NCBI GenBank assembly: GCA_043228905.1
Contig: JBHGNT010000007.1
Location: forward strand, 17,670,001-17,734,000
DNA length: 64,000 bases
Origin: Azolla caroliniana
Taxonomy: Eukaryota; Plantae; Polypodiophyta
Direction: 5' to 3'
Every line of letters starts with the position of its first letter. Position 1 is the stretch's first letter. This document shows positions 51,983-63,595 of the stretch, piece by piece. The notes beneath the pieces were generated by a model. It saw nothing but the letters and a program-made list of their open reading frames with translations, was not told where the DNA came from and did not search any database. A program made the position numbers and the translations under genes.

Positions 51983-54900
51983 ATGGAAACGCCGACGATC
52001 GTAGATCCACATCTGGGTTCGCTTTCTCGCTTGGGAGTGTCACGATCGCTTGCAGCAGCAAGAAGTAGCCGATAATTGCACTGTCGAGCACAGAGGCTGA
52101 GTATCGAGGAGCGGCTGTCGCGACATGCGAAGCCATTTGGCTCAAGAGGCTACTCAAGGATCAGCATGTGGAGGTGTCCACTCCGATGACGATCTACTAC
52201 GACAACCTCAGCAGCATCCAACTTGCAAAGAACCCCGTCTTTCATGCCAAGACTAAGCACATTGAGCTGCACTACCATTTTATCTGCGAGCGGGTCCTCT
52301 CTGATGAAGTCGAACTAGCTTATGTGTTGGGAATATGTCCCTCCAGTGGGAGGAACCGACTGCTCGGAAGTAGCCGACAACCTACAACCAACAGTCGAAC
52401 AGTCGACACAGAGAATCGATTGTTTGAACAAATAATTATTATTATTATCATTATAGTAATCATAATAATCAATGATACGTAGTAGTGACTACAATTGTAA
52501 ATAGATATATACGATATATCTATAGATATATATATCTAGGAAAAACAGACGTGAGTGTGCTGTGTGCAAGAGAGAGAGAGAGACGAGGAAAGAGAGAGCG
52601 GTGCCCGGTGTGGTTGATACACTCAAAATCAGAGTGTTGTAATCTCTATCCTTGAGATCCACCGTATAGTGAAGTCTTTCTTCTCTCGTGGTTTTCTCCC
52701 GTTTTTGGGTTTCCAAGTAAATCTCTGTGTACTGTGTCGTGTATTTTCAGTATTGTTCGACCTTGTGGTTTTACAAACCGATTCTCAACAAAGTGGTATC
52801 AGAGCTTGAGGTGCAAGCATGGAAGGAGATGTGAGTGGCTTCCCAGGCATGATAGTTCTAAACTCATAGAACTATGCAGATTGGAATATAAAGATGGAGG
52901 ACCTTCTCATAGTCAGAGACCTGTACGAGCCACTCGACAGAGCAGATATACCCAGGGGGGTATTGGAGTCGGATTGGAAACTTCTTAATAGAAAGGTGGT
53001 GGCCACCATCCGACAATGCGTCAACGTAAGTGTCTTGCAATATGTAGGGAACAACACAAATGCACATGAGATGTGGCAGAAGTTGTCAGGTCTATATGAG
53101 AGGAAGAACGCGCTCAATAAAACCTCACTAATGAGAAAGATTGTACGGCTGAAATACAGGGACGGTGAGAGCATCGTCGAAGACATCAACACATTCATGG
53201 GGTATGTGAATCAACTTGATGCAACCAAGTTTCCCCTAGATGATGCGATGCAGGCCATCCTGCTAATGTGCACATTGCTGGATAGCTGGGAGAACCTGGT
53301 GGTCACTCTTGACACCTCCTATCAAGAAGAGAACTTGTCTCTACAAACAATAAAGACAAGCATTCTAAATGAGGAGGCAAGGAGGAAGGACAAGGGAGTC
53401 CTGTCCCAGTCGGAGTCGAATGTAACATAACATTTAGACAGAGGAAGGAACTGGCAAAGAAGTCCACCAAGGAGAGAAAAGTCCCAAGCCAGATCGAAGT
53501 CCAGAGGTAAGCTAGTGTGCTTTTATTGTGGTAAACCTGGACACTTCCAGAAGGACTGTCGACACATGAGAAAAGACAAGGGTGTCGGAAACAATTTCGA
53601 ACCCAGGAAGATTCCTGATGAGAAGAACACTTTTGCCATTGCTACGAGCAATGAAGAACTGTTGTTCATCTGTGAACAGACAAGTGCAAATCTTGCAAGT
53701 GAAGAATGCACTTGGGTGATCGATTCCGGGGCATCGTTCCACATAACTCCGTCGAGAGAGTATTTCTCGACTTACATAGCCGGAGATCACGTTTATGTGA
53801 AAATGGGTGATAGTGGAGAGTGCAAGATAGCCGGAGTCGGAAGTGTCCGCTTGACGACGTTGAAAGGGTGTCGACTGACTCTGAAGGATGTTTGACATGT
53901 CCCCGATATCATATTGAATCTTATATCGACTGGAAGGTTAGATGACGAAGGCTATAGTGGTAGCTTTTGGAATGGCAAGTGGAAGTTCTGCCGAGGAAAT
54001 CTTATAGTGGCTTGAGCACAGAAAGAAGGCACATTATATATGATGCATGCCTGACTGTGCAAATCGGAAGTAAATGTGGTAGCCGACTTGGTAGGAGAAA
54101 TATGGCACAAGAGGCTAGGCCACATGAGTGAGAACGGAATGCACCTGCTAGCAGACAAGAAACTTCTACCAGAAGTCAAGGGAGTGCACCTGGAGAAGTG
54201 CGTCGATTGCTTAGTCAGAAAGCAAAATAGAGCAGCATTCCACACAAGACCACCGAGGAGAGGGTAAGGAGCATGCTCTCTCATGCAAAACTGCCGAAAT
54301 CCTATTGGGCTGAGGAAATGTACACAATTGTTTATTTGATCAACAGGTCTCCCTTAGTACCATTAAAGGGTGATGTCCCACAGAGAGCATGGAGAGGGAA
54401 GGATGTCTCCTACCAACACCTAAGGATGTTCAGATGTTTGGGGTATATGCATGTACCGAAGGATCAGAGGTCAAAGCTCGACAGTAAGTCGAAGGCATGC
54501 ATATTCATAGGATACTTGGAAGATGAGTTCAGTTATAGGCTATGGGATCTGGTCGACAAGAAGGTAGTTAGAAGTCGAGATGTAGTCTTTCTTGAAGATA
54601 AGACGATTGAAGATTGAAAGCAACAGAAGTCGGATACGACTCCCCAGTCAAACCCGACTATCGTCGATCTAAGGTTAAGAGAACCAACAACCTCGGCTGT
54701 TCGGAGATGGCCAGTCGGCATAGTCGAATCCGAGTTGGTTGACTTGGAGAGATCGATCGACTGTGAGTTAGAGTCGGCAGAGCTGCTAAGGTCAATTGAA
54801 TAGTATGAGTTGGAGTCGTCCAACCTAGAGATGCTGATTGACGTGCAGGAACCCGAGTGAAGACAAGAGTTGGCAGAGACATCCGAAAGAGAGCCAACAA

Positions 54901-56375
54901 CGAGTGGAAGGAGATACCGACTCAGAGAAAGGAAAGCACTGACAACATATGCCAATCAATACATCCTCTTGATTGATGAGTGAACTGGAGTGGTAAGAAA
55001 AAGCCATTGCTGACGAGCACAGAGCGAAATGGCTGAGCATGATGCAAGATGAGTTGGAATCCTTGTACGAGAATTACACTTACGACCTGGTAGAGCTGCC
55101 GAAAGGCACTTAGGAATAAATGGGTCTACAAGGTGAAGACTGGAGAAGCCGACAATGAGCCCAGGTATAAAGCCCACATAGTGTGAAGGGCTTTCAACAA
55201 AAAAGGGCATCAACTTCGACGAAATATTTGCACCAATCGTAAAGATGACATCCATTCGAATTGTTCTGAGTATAGCGGCCAATATGGACCTGGAGATTGA
55301 ACAGTTGGATGTCAAAACCGCATTCTTACACGAGGAGCTAGAAGAAGAAATCTACATGCAGCAACCCGAAGGCTTTGAGGAGAAAGGGAAAGAGAACCTG
55401 GTGTGTCGACTAAAGAAAAGCTTGTACAGTCTGAAACAAGCTCCACGCCAATGGTACAAGAAGTTCGAGTCCTTCATGATGAACCACCGGTTCTAGAAAA
55501 CACAGGCTGATCATTGTGTGTTCGTCAAAAGGTATGAAGAAGGAGACTTCTTGATTCTCTTGTTATATGTTGATGACATGTTGATAGTCAGACAAGACAC
55601 AAAAAGGATCGGAAGCTTGAAGAAAGCTCCAAGCAGGTCGTTTTCCATGAAAGACCTTGGACCGGCTAAACAGATCTTGGGAATGCACATAGTTCGAGAT
55701 AGAACTCAAATGGTGTTATGGTTGTCACAACAAAAGTATGCGACGAAGATCCTAGAAAGGTTCAATAGGGCAGACGCAAAGTCGGTCAGCTCGGTGTTGC
55801 CGATAAATTGCAGGTTGAATGCGAAGTAGTGCCCGAAAGGGGAGAAGGAGAAGGCTGAGATGAGGAAGGTATCATATGCCGCGGCCATTGGCAGTCTAAT
55901 GTATTCTATGGTTTGTACGAGACCAGACATAACATTTGCTGTGGGAGCAGTAAGCTGATATATGAGTAGTCCAAGAAGAGAACACTAAGCAATGGGGAAG
56001 TGGATACTCATGTACTTAAAAGGCACCTTAGGGGTGTGTCTAGGGTATGGTGTCGGAAAACCTGTGCTGGAAGGTTTTACCAACTCGGACATGTTGGGAG
56101 ATGTAGACTCAAGTCGATTCACGTCAGGGTACGTTGTTGCGTTGTTACGCGCGTGTGTGTAGAAGGGGGGGACCACAGTGGTCTCGGACTAGGGAGAAAG
56201 GGGTGCCGAGAAACCGACTCCGGACGTGTTCTAGAGGCAGCCAAATGCAAGAGAGAGAGAGAAAGAGACAAAGGAGAGGGAGAGCGTGCGCGCGACACCG
56301 ACTCTTATGCACAGGAAGCAAGGGGTTGTGCTTCCGACACCACTAGAATACACCAATGTGCACAGACAGACAAGA

Positions 56376-57123
56376 TGTTGGGAGTCAGGTCCCTCCGGAT
56401 GGGAAGGGAGAAGAACAGTGCCAACAAACAATCTCGGACGAGGCCAAAACCGGAAGAGGAGTACCCGGCTACGGAGAGCCGGATGGTGCAGACTCGGTGA
56501 GAACCGGATGAGGAGTACCCGGCTACGGAGAGCCGGATGGTGCAGCCCCGGTGTGAACCGGATGAGGAGTACCCAGCTACGGAGAGCCGGATGGTGCAGG
56601 CCCGGTGAGAACCGGATGAGGAGTACCTGGCTACGGAGAACCGGATGGTATAGACCCGGTGAGAACCGGATGAAGAGACATATTCGTAAATATGTTTCTG
56701 AGAGCCCATCGAGGCTATATTTGTATATAGCTGAAAAGTTATATTAGTATAAATATGACTTAGGGCAAACTTTTACGTGTTGTTGTTGTTATTCTTGTCT
56801 ACGCGAGATTAGTGTGCGTAACTGTACAGAGAGAGAGAGAAAGAGAAAGAGGTCGTTGCCTCTGTTGTAACCGCCGCCTCTGGCGAAGATCTGTGAGCAC
56901 GAGGTCGGTGCCTCAGTGAACTCACTGTTGTATATTCTTACATAGTGACAGTTTGCAGCCTCTGGGTTGCCGTGGTTTTTTCCCCTAGTTTGGGGTTTTC
57001 CACGTAAACCTCCTGTGTATCTTCCTCTTCTTCTTGTCGTGTTTTGGTTCCCGTTTTCTGTGTATCATTCTAAGCTCGGTTGTGGCTGAGCGTTGCGCAT
57101 AAGGAGCGTTGTAGTTCCCGTCA
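56376..57123 (+). repeat. 5' LTR of Copia C (748 bp; four full 54-bp units plus a partial)
   Basis: Units at 56447, 56501, 56555, 56609 and a partial at 56663. Confidence 0.93.
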
Positions 57124-57153
57124 ATTGGTATCAGAGCGAAATCGACACAGAAA

Positions 57154-60100
57154 ATGGACGAATCGTTTGGCGGCATGTTCAAGCTCACCAACTCCAACTA
57201 TTCAGTGTGGAAGTCGAAGATGAGGGACATGCTCGTGGTTAAAGATCTTTGGCTACCGGTTCAGTTTGGGGACAAGAGACCGGACAAGATCGACGCCACA
57301 ATATGGGAGGTGATGCACATGAAGACAATGGCGTACATACGGTGCTTCATCAACATGAGCCTATACAACAACTTCAATGAAGAGAGCAAGGCTCATGAGC
57401 TCTGGGAGAAGATCGGCATAATGTTTCAGAACAAAAATGTTGTTAATGAAGTGTCGGTATTCCGGAAGCTAGTAAGACTCCGGTACCAAGATGGCTCCAG
57501 CATGGCGGAGCACATGAATGCCTTCTAGGGGCTGATTCACCAGGCAACTTCATTGGAAGTACCTCTCGCCGATGAGGTAGTAGCGCTACTCCTGCTCGGT
57601 TCCCTTCCGGATAGCTGGGAGACGTTGGTTGTCACTTTGGGCAACGCCGGGCCGGAAGGAAAACGGTTATCCCTAGCAAGAGTAAAGTCGAGCTTGCTAG
57701 ATGAGGAGGCGCGTCGGAAAGATAAAGATACGAGCTCCGACTCCAAAGCACTCATTACCGAATCAGAACGCGGAAGACATAGAAACCGTAGTTCCCAGAA
57801 CTGGGAGAAGTCGGGGACACGGTCAAAGTCAAGGGGGAGGCCCACTTGCTTCTATTGCGGCAAGCCGGGACACTTCCAAAAGAACTGTCGGCATTTACGA
57901 AAAGATAAGGAGACCGACGGTACCGATTCGAAGCGGACCCCGGACCGGAACGGTAAAGACCGGAGGGGGCCGGACCGGAAGGGAACGACGGCAATCGCGG
58001 CAAGTGAAGAAGAGTTGATGCTCATCACCGAGGAGAGTGAGATAAACCTTGCCGGAGACGAGATGACCTGGGTGGTAGACTCCGGAGCATCGTTCCACCT
58101 TACCTCGGACCGGAAATGCTTCTCATCCTACTCAGCCGGTGATCACGGCTGTGTCCGGATGGGGAATGAAGGTACATGCCAAATTGTCGGCATAGGAGAC
58201 GTGTGGCTGTCGACACCAACCGGATGCAAGTTGCTGCTGAAGGATGTCCGACACATTCCGGAGGTTCGTCTAAACCTGATATCAGCCGGTCGGCTAGATG
58301 ATGAAGGCTACACGGGTAGCATCCGGAACGGTGTCATGAAGTTCAGCAAAGGGAGCCTGATTGTGGCTCGGGCCCGGAAGGTCAACACACTGTACCTGAT
58401 GAATGCCCGGTTATGTCCGGAAGAAGTGAACGTGGCATCTGACACTGCCGGTGAGCTGTGGCACAAGAGGTTGTGTCACATGAGCGAGAAGGGGATGAAG
58501 AGGCTTGTAGACGACAACCTCATTCCAGTGAAGAACGTGCACTTGGAGAAGTGCACTGATTGTCTGGCCGGTAAGCAAAACCGTACCTCCTTCCGACCAA
58601 GGCCACCGATGAGACGTAATGCACCACTGGAGTTGGTGCATACGGATGTGTGTCAAGTAGACACGAAGTCACATGCTGGAGCGCAGTACTTCGTGACGTT
58701 CATAGATGACCACAACCGAAAGCTGTGGGCCACACCGCTGAAGTCGACGGATCAGGTGCTATCCGTCTTCAAAGAGCTCCACGCGAGAGTGGAAAGAGAA
58801 ACCGGTCGGAAGCTGAAGGCGGTTCGAGCAGATAACATAGGAGAATACCAGGGGCAGTTCGAGGAGTACTGCCGCTCGAAGGGAATCCGACTCGAATTTA
58901 CCGTGCCGAAGACACCGGAAGTAAATGGACTGGCCGAGAGGATGAACCAGACCATAATGGAGAGGGTCTGGAGTATGCTAGCGGATGCAAAACTACCCAA
59001 GAAGTTTTGGGCTGAGGCACTGTCGACGGCGACATATGTGATAAACAGATCACCCTCAGTACCCTTGGACAGAGACACGCCACAGAGAGTATGGACCGGT
59101 AAGGAAGTATCCTATCAGGATCTGAAGGTGTTCGGGTGTCTCGCGTACGTGCATGTAGCTAAGGACCGGAGAGGAAAGTTAGATCCAAAGACCCGACCAT
59201 GCATATTCCTCGGTTACGGTGACGATGAGTTCGGCTACCGAGTGTGGGACTTGGTCGACAAGAAGGTATTCCGGAGTCGAGATATTATCTTCATGGAGAA
59301 CAAGACGCTCGCCGACTGGGAGTCGCAGAAGAAGATAATGAACTCCGAGTCGACTGGTAAGGATCGACTCTACGATGAGAGGACCCAACCGGCAAGAGAC
59401 CGGTTAGCACTCGAGGGACCAGACGGTTACGGTGAGGATACCGAACGGGCTGAAGAAGAAGTAGAGGAAGCTGAAACCGGAACCGGCCAAGGGCCCGAAT
59501 CAGATTCGGATGAAGAGTAGATGGATGAGCAGGTCACCGAAGCCCAGAGACGGAGATATCCTCTCAGAGAGAGAAGGGCCCCCCGGAGATTTCCGGATGC
59601 AGAGCATGTTCTGCTGACCGATGAGGGGGAGCCGGAAAGCTTCGAAGAAGCGAAGGAAGACACCCACAGTCGAAAATGGTTAAGTGCCATGCAGGACGAG
59701 ATGGATTTCCTGCATGAGAACCATACGTACGAATTGGTGGAGTTGTCGAAAGGAAAGCGGGCACTCCGAAACAAGTGGGTGTACAAGTTGAAACAGGGAG
59801 ATGCGGGCAACCCCCCGAGATACAAAGCCAGGATCGTGGTGACGGGGTTCCAACAGAAGAAGGGCGTGGACTTCGACGAGATATTTGCCCCGGTAGTAAA
59901 GATGACCTCCATCCGGACGGTGCTGAGTATAGCGGCAAGCATGGACCTCGAGGTAGAGTAGCTAGACGTGAAGACGACATTCCTTCACGGTGACCTCGAA
60001 GAGGAGATCTACATGCAGCAACCGGAGGGATTTGTGGAGAAAGGGAAGGAGCACTTGGTATGCTGGTTGAAGAAGAGCCTGTACGGACTGAAGCAGGCTC

Positions 60101-61200
60101 CCCGACAATGGTACCGGAAGTTCGACTCCTTCATGACCGATCAAGGGTACCACAAGACGCAGGCCGATCACTGCGTGTTTGTGAAGAAGTTTGAAGGAGG
60201 CGACTTCTTGATACTCCTTCTGTACGTGGATGACATGTTGATCGTCGGACGTGACCAAGTCAAAATACGGATGCTGAAGAAGGCTCTAAACCGGACCTTC
60301 TCAATGAAAGACTTGGGTCCGGCAAGACAGATGCTGGGGATGCACATCATTCGGGACCGGTTAACGAAGCAGTTATGGATGTCACAAGAGAAGTACGTGA
60401 CAAAGGTGCTTCACCGGTTCAACATGTCAGATGCGAAACCGGTCGGATCGACACTTCTAGCAAACTGCAAGCTATCTGGTAGGCAAAGCCCGAAGACGAA
60501 AGCAGAGAAGGCGGATATGATGAAGATTCCATATGCCTCTGCCGTCAGGAGCTTGATGTACGCAATGGTGTGTACCCGGCCGGATATAGGATATGCAGTT
60601 GGAGTGGTGAGCCGGTTCATGAGCAATCCTGGCAAGGAGCATTGGAACGCGGTCAAATGGATACTCTGGTATTTGAAGGGCACTTCAAATATGTGTCTCC
60701 GATTCGGCTCCGGAAAACCTCAACTGGACGGTTTCACCGATTCGGACATGTCGGCTGATGTGGATACCAGCCGGTCTACATCCGGGTATGTAATGACATA
60801 TGCAAGGGGAGTTGTTTCGTGGCAGTCGAGGCTGCAAAAGACGGTTTCGTTGTCAACCACAGAGGCATAGTACATGGTGGCTATGGAAGCCGACAAGGAA
60901 ATATTATGGATGAAGGACTTCATCGGAGAGTTCGGTATCCGACAAGAGGAATACCGACTCTATTGCGACAGTCAAAGTGCCATCCACCTTGCTAAGAATG
61001 TGGCCTACCATTCCCGGACGAAGCATATCCAACGGAGGTATCACTGGATCCGGGAAAGAGTAGATGACCAGGAGTTCGCACTGACGAAGATCCACACGGC
61101 CGAGAACGGGTCAGATATGCTGACCAAAGTACTGACACCCGACAAGCTAGACGCATGCCAGAAGAGGATCGGACTGGTAAGACACCCCATGCCGGAGTGA
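57154..61200 (+). pseudogene. Copia C gag-pol polyprotein (~1348 codons) in one frame with four in-frame TAG stops
   Basis: ORF pieces 57154-57528, 57553-59520, 59521-59961, 59968-60870 and 60874-61200 share one frame. CCHC knuckle, WVVDSGAS, integrase (VHTD...RADN...NGLAERMN), RT YVDD and RNase H YCDSQSAI are all present. Confidence 0.93.
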
Positions 61201-61210
61201 AGGGGGAGTT

Positions 61211-61713
61211 TGTTGGGAGTCAGGTCCCTCCGGATGGGAAGGGAGAAGAACAGTGCCGACAAACAATCTCGGCCGAGGCTGAAACCGGAAGAGGAGTACC
61301 CGGCTACGGAGAGCCGGATAGTGCAGACCCGGTGGAAACCAGAAGAGGAGTACCTGGCTACGGAGAGCCGGATGGTGCAGACCCGGTGAGAACCGGATGA
61401 GGAGTACCCGGCTACGGAGAGCTGGATGGTGCAGACCCGGTGTGAACCGGATGAGGAGTACCTGGCTACGGAGAGCCGGATGGTGCAGGCCCGGTGAGAA
61501 CCAGATGAGGAGTACCCAGTTACGGAGAGCCGGATGGTACAGACCCGGTGAGAACCGGATGAAGAGACATATTCGTAAATATGTTTCTGAGAGCCCATCG
61601 AGGCTATATTTGTATATAGCCGAAAAGTTATATTAGTATAAATATGACTTAGGGCAAACTTTTACGTGTTGTTGTTGTTATTCTTGTCTGCGCGAGATTA
61701 GTGTGCGTAACTG

Positions 61714-61756
<43 letters not shown>

Positions 61757-62028
61757 GTCGTTACCTCTGTTGTAACCGCCGCCTGTGGCGAAGATCTGTG
61801 AGCACGAGGTCGGTGCCTCAGTGAACTCACTGTTGTATATTCTTACATAGTGACAGTTTGCAGCCTGTGGGCTGCCGTGGTTTTTCCCCCTAGTTTGGGG
61901 TTTTCCACGTAAACCTCCTGTGTATCTTCCCCTTCTTCTTGTCGTGTTTTAGTTCCCGTTTTCTGTGTATCATTCTAAGCTCGGTTGTGGCCGAGCGTTG
62001 CGCATAAGGAGCGTTGTAGTTCCCGTCA
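61211..62028 (+). repeat. 3' LTR of Copia C (818 bp; five full 54-bp units plus a partial)
   Basis: It is 70 bp longer than the 5' LTR: one extra 54-bp unit plus a 16-bp longer (GA)n. Confidence 0.93.
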
Positions 62029-62801
62029 CAACAGTATGTATATTACAAGCGAAATAATACAACCATGGCTTTGAGCCGGACCAAGGTAGGTTACGTTACA
62101 ACAGTAGTCTGCCGCCAAGCCGCCGTTGGGTGAGCTCTTGGGCTTGTCGCGCCGAGCGGGGTCTTGCACAGGATGCCGAGTAGAAGTAAACCCCCACAGA
62201 ACATACAAGCTCTTCACCAGGCCAAAACCCTAAACAGACACGAAGGGGCAGAAGAAGAAGAAGAATACAAGATGAAACCCTAAATGAAATAGGGTGAAGA
62301 CCCAAGTACAAACTCTAAGGGAACAAGAATAAGATGAAGAGGAAGAACTCTACCAAATCCTAGACCTAAGTGGTATACCCTCCTAACTCAAAATGGGCAA
62401 TCCCTTCACAAGAGGCGCTCCCTTCCTTTTATAGAACAAGGAGAGGGATACGTTACAATGTGGGATAAATACTCCCCCATATTCTATACACCGTTTCCTA
62501 CTATACATGTGCACACATTGCACACCACCGACTCGCCGTATTCCACCCCGGTTTCATACTATAGCCGGAATCCTTCACGACAACGTGATGACCTATGGAG
62601 GGGGAGCATTGTCATGGCAATCATAATTATTTGAATAGAGAGTCGATTGTTTGAATAGATAATTATTATTATTATCATTATAGCAATCATAATTATCAAA
62701 ATAATCAATGATATGTAGCAGTGGCTACAATTGTAAATAGATATATACGATGTATCTGTACATATATATATCTAGGGCAAACAGACGTGAGTGTCTGTGC
62801 G

Positions 62802-62858
<57 letters not shown>

Positions 62859-63235
62859 GACGCCATAGCTGTGTGCGTAACAACAAACGCCAAGAACTCT
62901 GTGTGGTTGATACACTCAAAATCAAAGTGTTGTAATCTCTGTCCTTGACATCCACCGTATAGTGAAGTCTTTCTTCTCCTGTGGTTTTCTCCCATTTTTG
63001 GGTGTCCACGTAAATCTCTATGTACTGTGTCGTTGTGTGGATGTGTTGTGTATTTTCAGTATCGTTCGATCTTGTGGCTTTACGAATCGATTCTCAACAG
63101 TATGTTCCGATAGATCGGCAGACTGCCAACATCTTCACCAAGCCCCTTGGTCTTGACAAGTTGCGGCAATTTTTGGGTGCGCTTGGTTTGCGGTACCTCG
63201 ACGTGCCGAACTTGAGGGGGAGAAAAGACTAGGAA

Positions 63236-63595
63236 ATGAGCGGAAGTGACTGCTATGCCGAGTCGGATGAAGAATTTGATTTCGAGTCGGTTGAAGAAGC
63301 CGAAGGCAAAAACAAGAGCAGCAATCGAAAGGAAAAGCCGGAGACAGTTGAACAAGGGGAAGATAAAGCAAAGGAGGCAGGGATCAAGACATGGTCTGAT
63401 GTGGTCAAGGGCTTGAAGAAAGAAGATGAATTGGAGACAACCAATTCGGGCAAGAGCGGAAACGATTCGGAGATAGCCGATTCGATTCAAATGTTCGATT
63501 CGGAGACTCTGAATCAACTGAAAGCCAAGCGTAGGAGAGGGCAATGGAAGAGGAGCCAACGTCGTGACAGCAAGGGAGCTGAGAAACTAAAGTAA
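63236..63595 (+). CDS. Extra 119-aa charged ORF directly downstream of Copia A pol
   Basis: ATG 3 bp after the pol stop; open frame with acidic N-terminus, TWSDVVKG motif and basic C-terminus. No family recognised. Confidence 0.4.
   Translation: MSGSDCYAESDEEFDFESVEEAEGKNKSSNRKEKPETVEQGEDKAKEAGIKTWSDVVKGLKKEDELETTNSGKSGNDSEIADSIQMFDSETLNQLKAKRRRGQWKRSQRRDSKGAEKLK

Larger units (their letters stand above)
56376..62028 (+). mobile_element. Ty1/Copia element C (Tnt1/Tork-like), structurally complete and youngest in the nest
   Basis: LTRs 56376-57123 and 61211-62028; PBS TGGTATCAGAGC at 57126-57137; PPT GAAGGGGGAG at ~61199-61208; TSD CAAGA/CAACA. Confidence 0.95.
56135..62582 (-). mobile_element. 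Solo LTR related to the 536-5014 element (56135-56375 plus 62034-62582), split by Copia C
   Basis: First ~65 bp and last ~240 bp align with the 536-1043 LTR. Perfect TSD ACGT at 56131-56134 and 62583-62586, splitting host SGYV|MTY. Confidence 0.88.
52325..63099 (+). mobile_element. Ty1/Copia element B (Tnt1/Tork-like), decayed, nested in Copia A RNase H
   Basis: 5' LTR 52325-52790; PBS TGGTATCAGAGC at 52794-52805. gag from 52819, CFYCGKPGHFQKDC, WVIDSGAS, RT LLYVDDML. 3' LTR remnant ~62636-63099; TSD TTATG/GTATG. Confidence 0.92.

Noticed and set aside
56447-56680. 54-bp repeats as a CRISPR array
   Set aside because: The units are contiguous with no unique spacers, lie inside eukaryotic LTRs, and no cas genes are present.
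57526-60870. Programmed TAG read-through or alternative genetic code in Copia C
   Set aside because: The stops replace different residues (Gln, Glu), share no read-through context, and are explained by point mutation.
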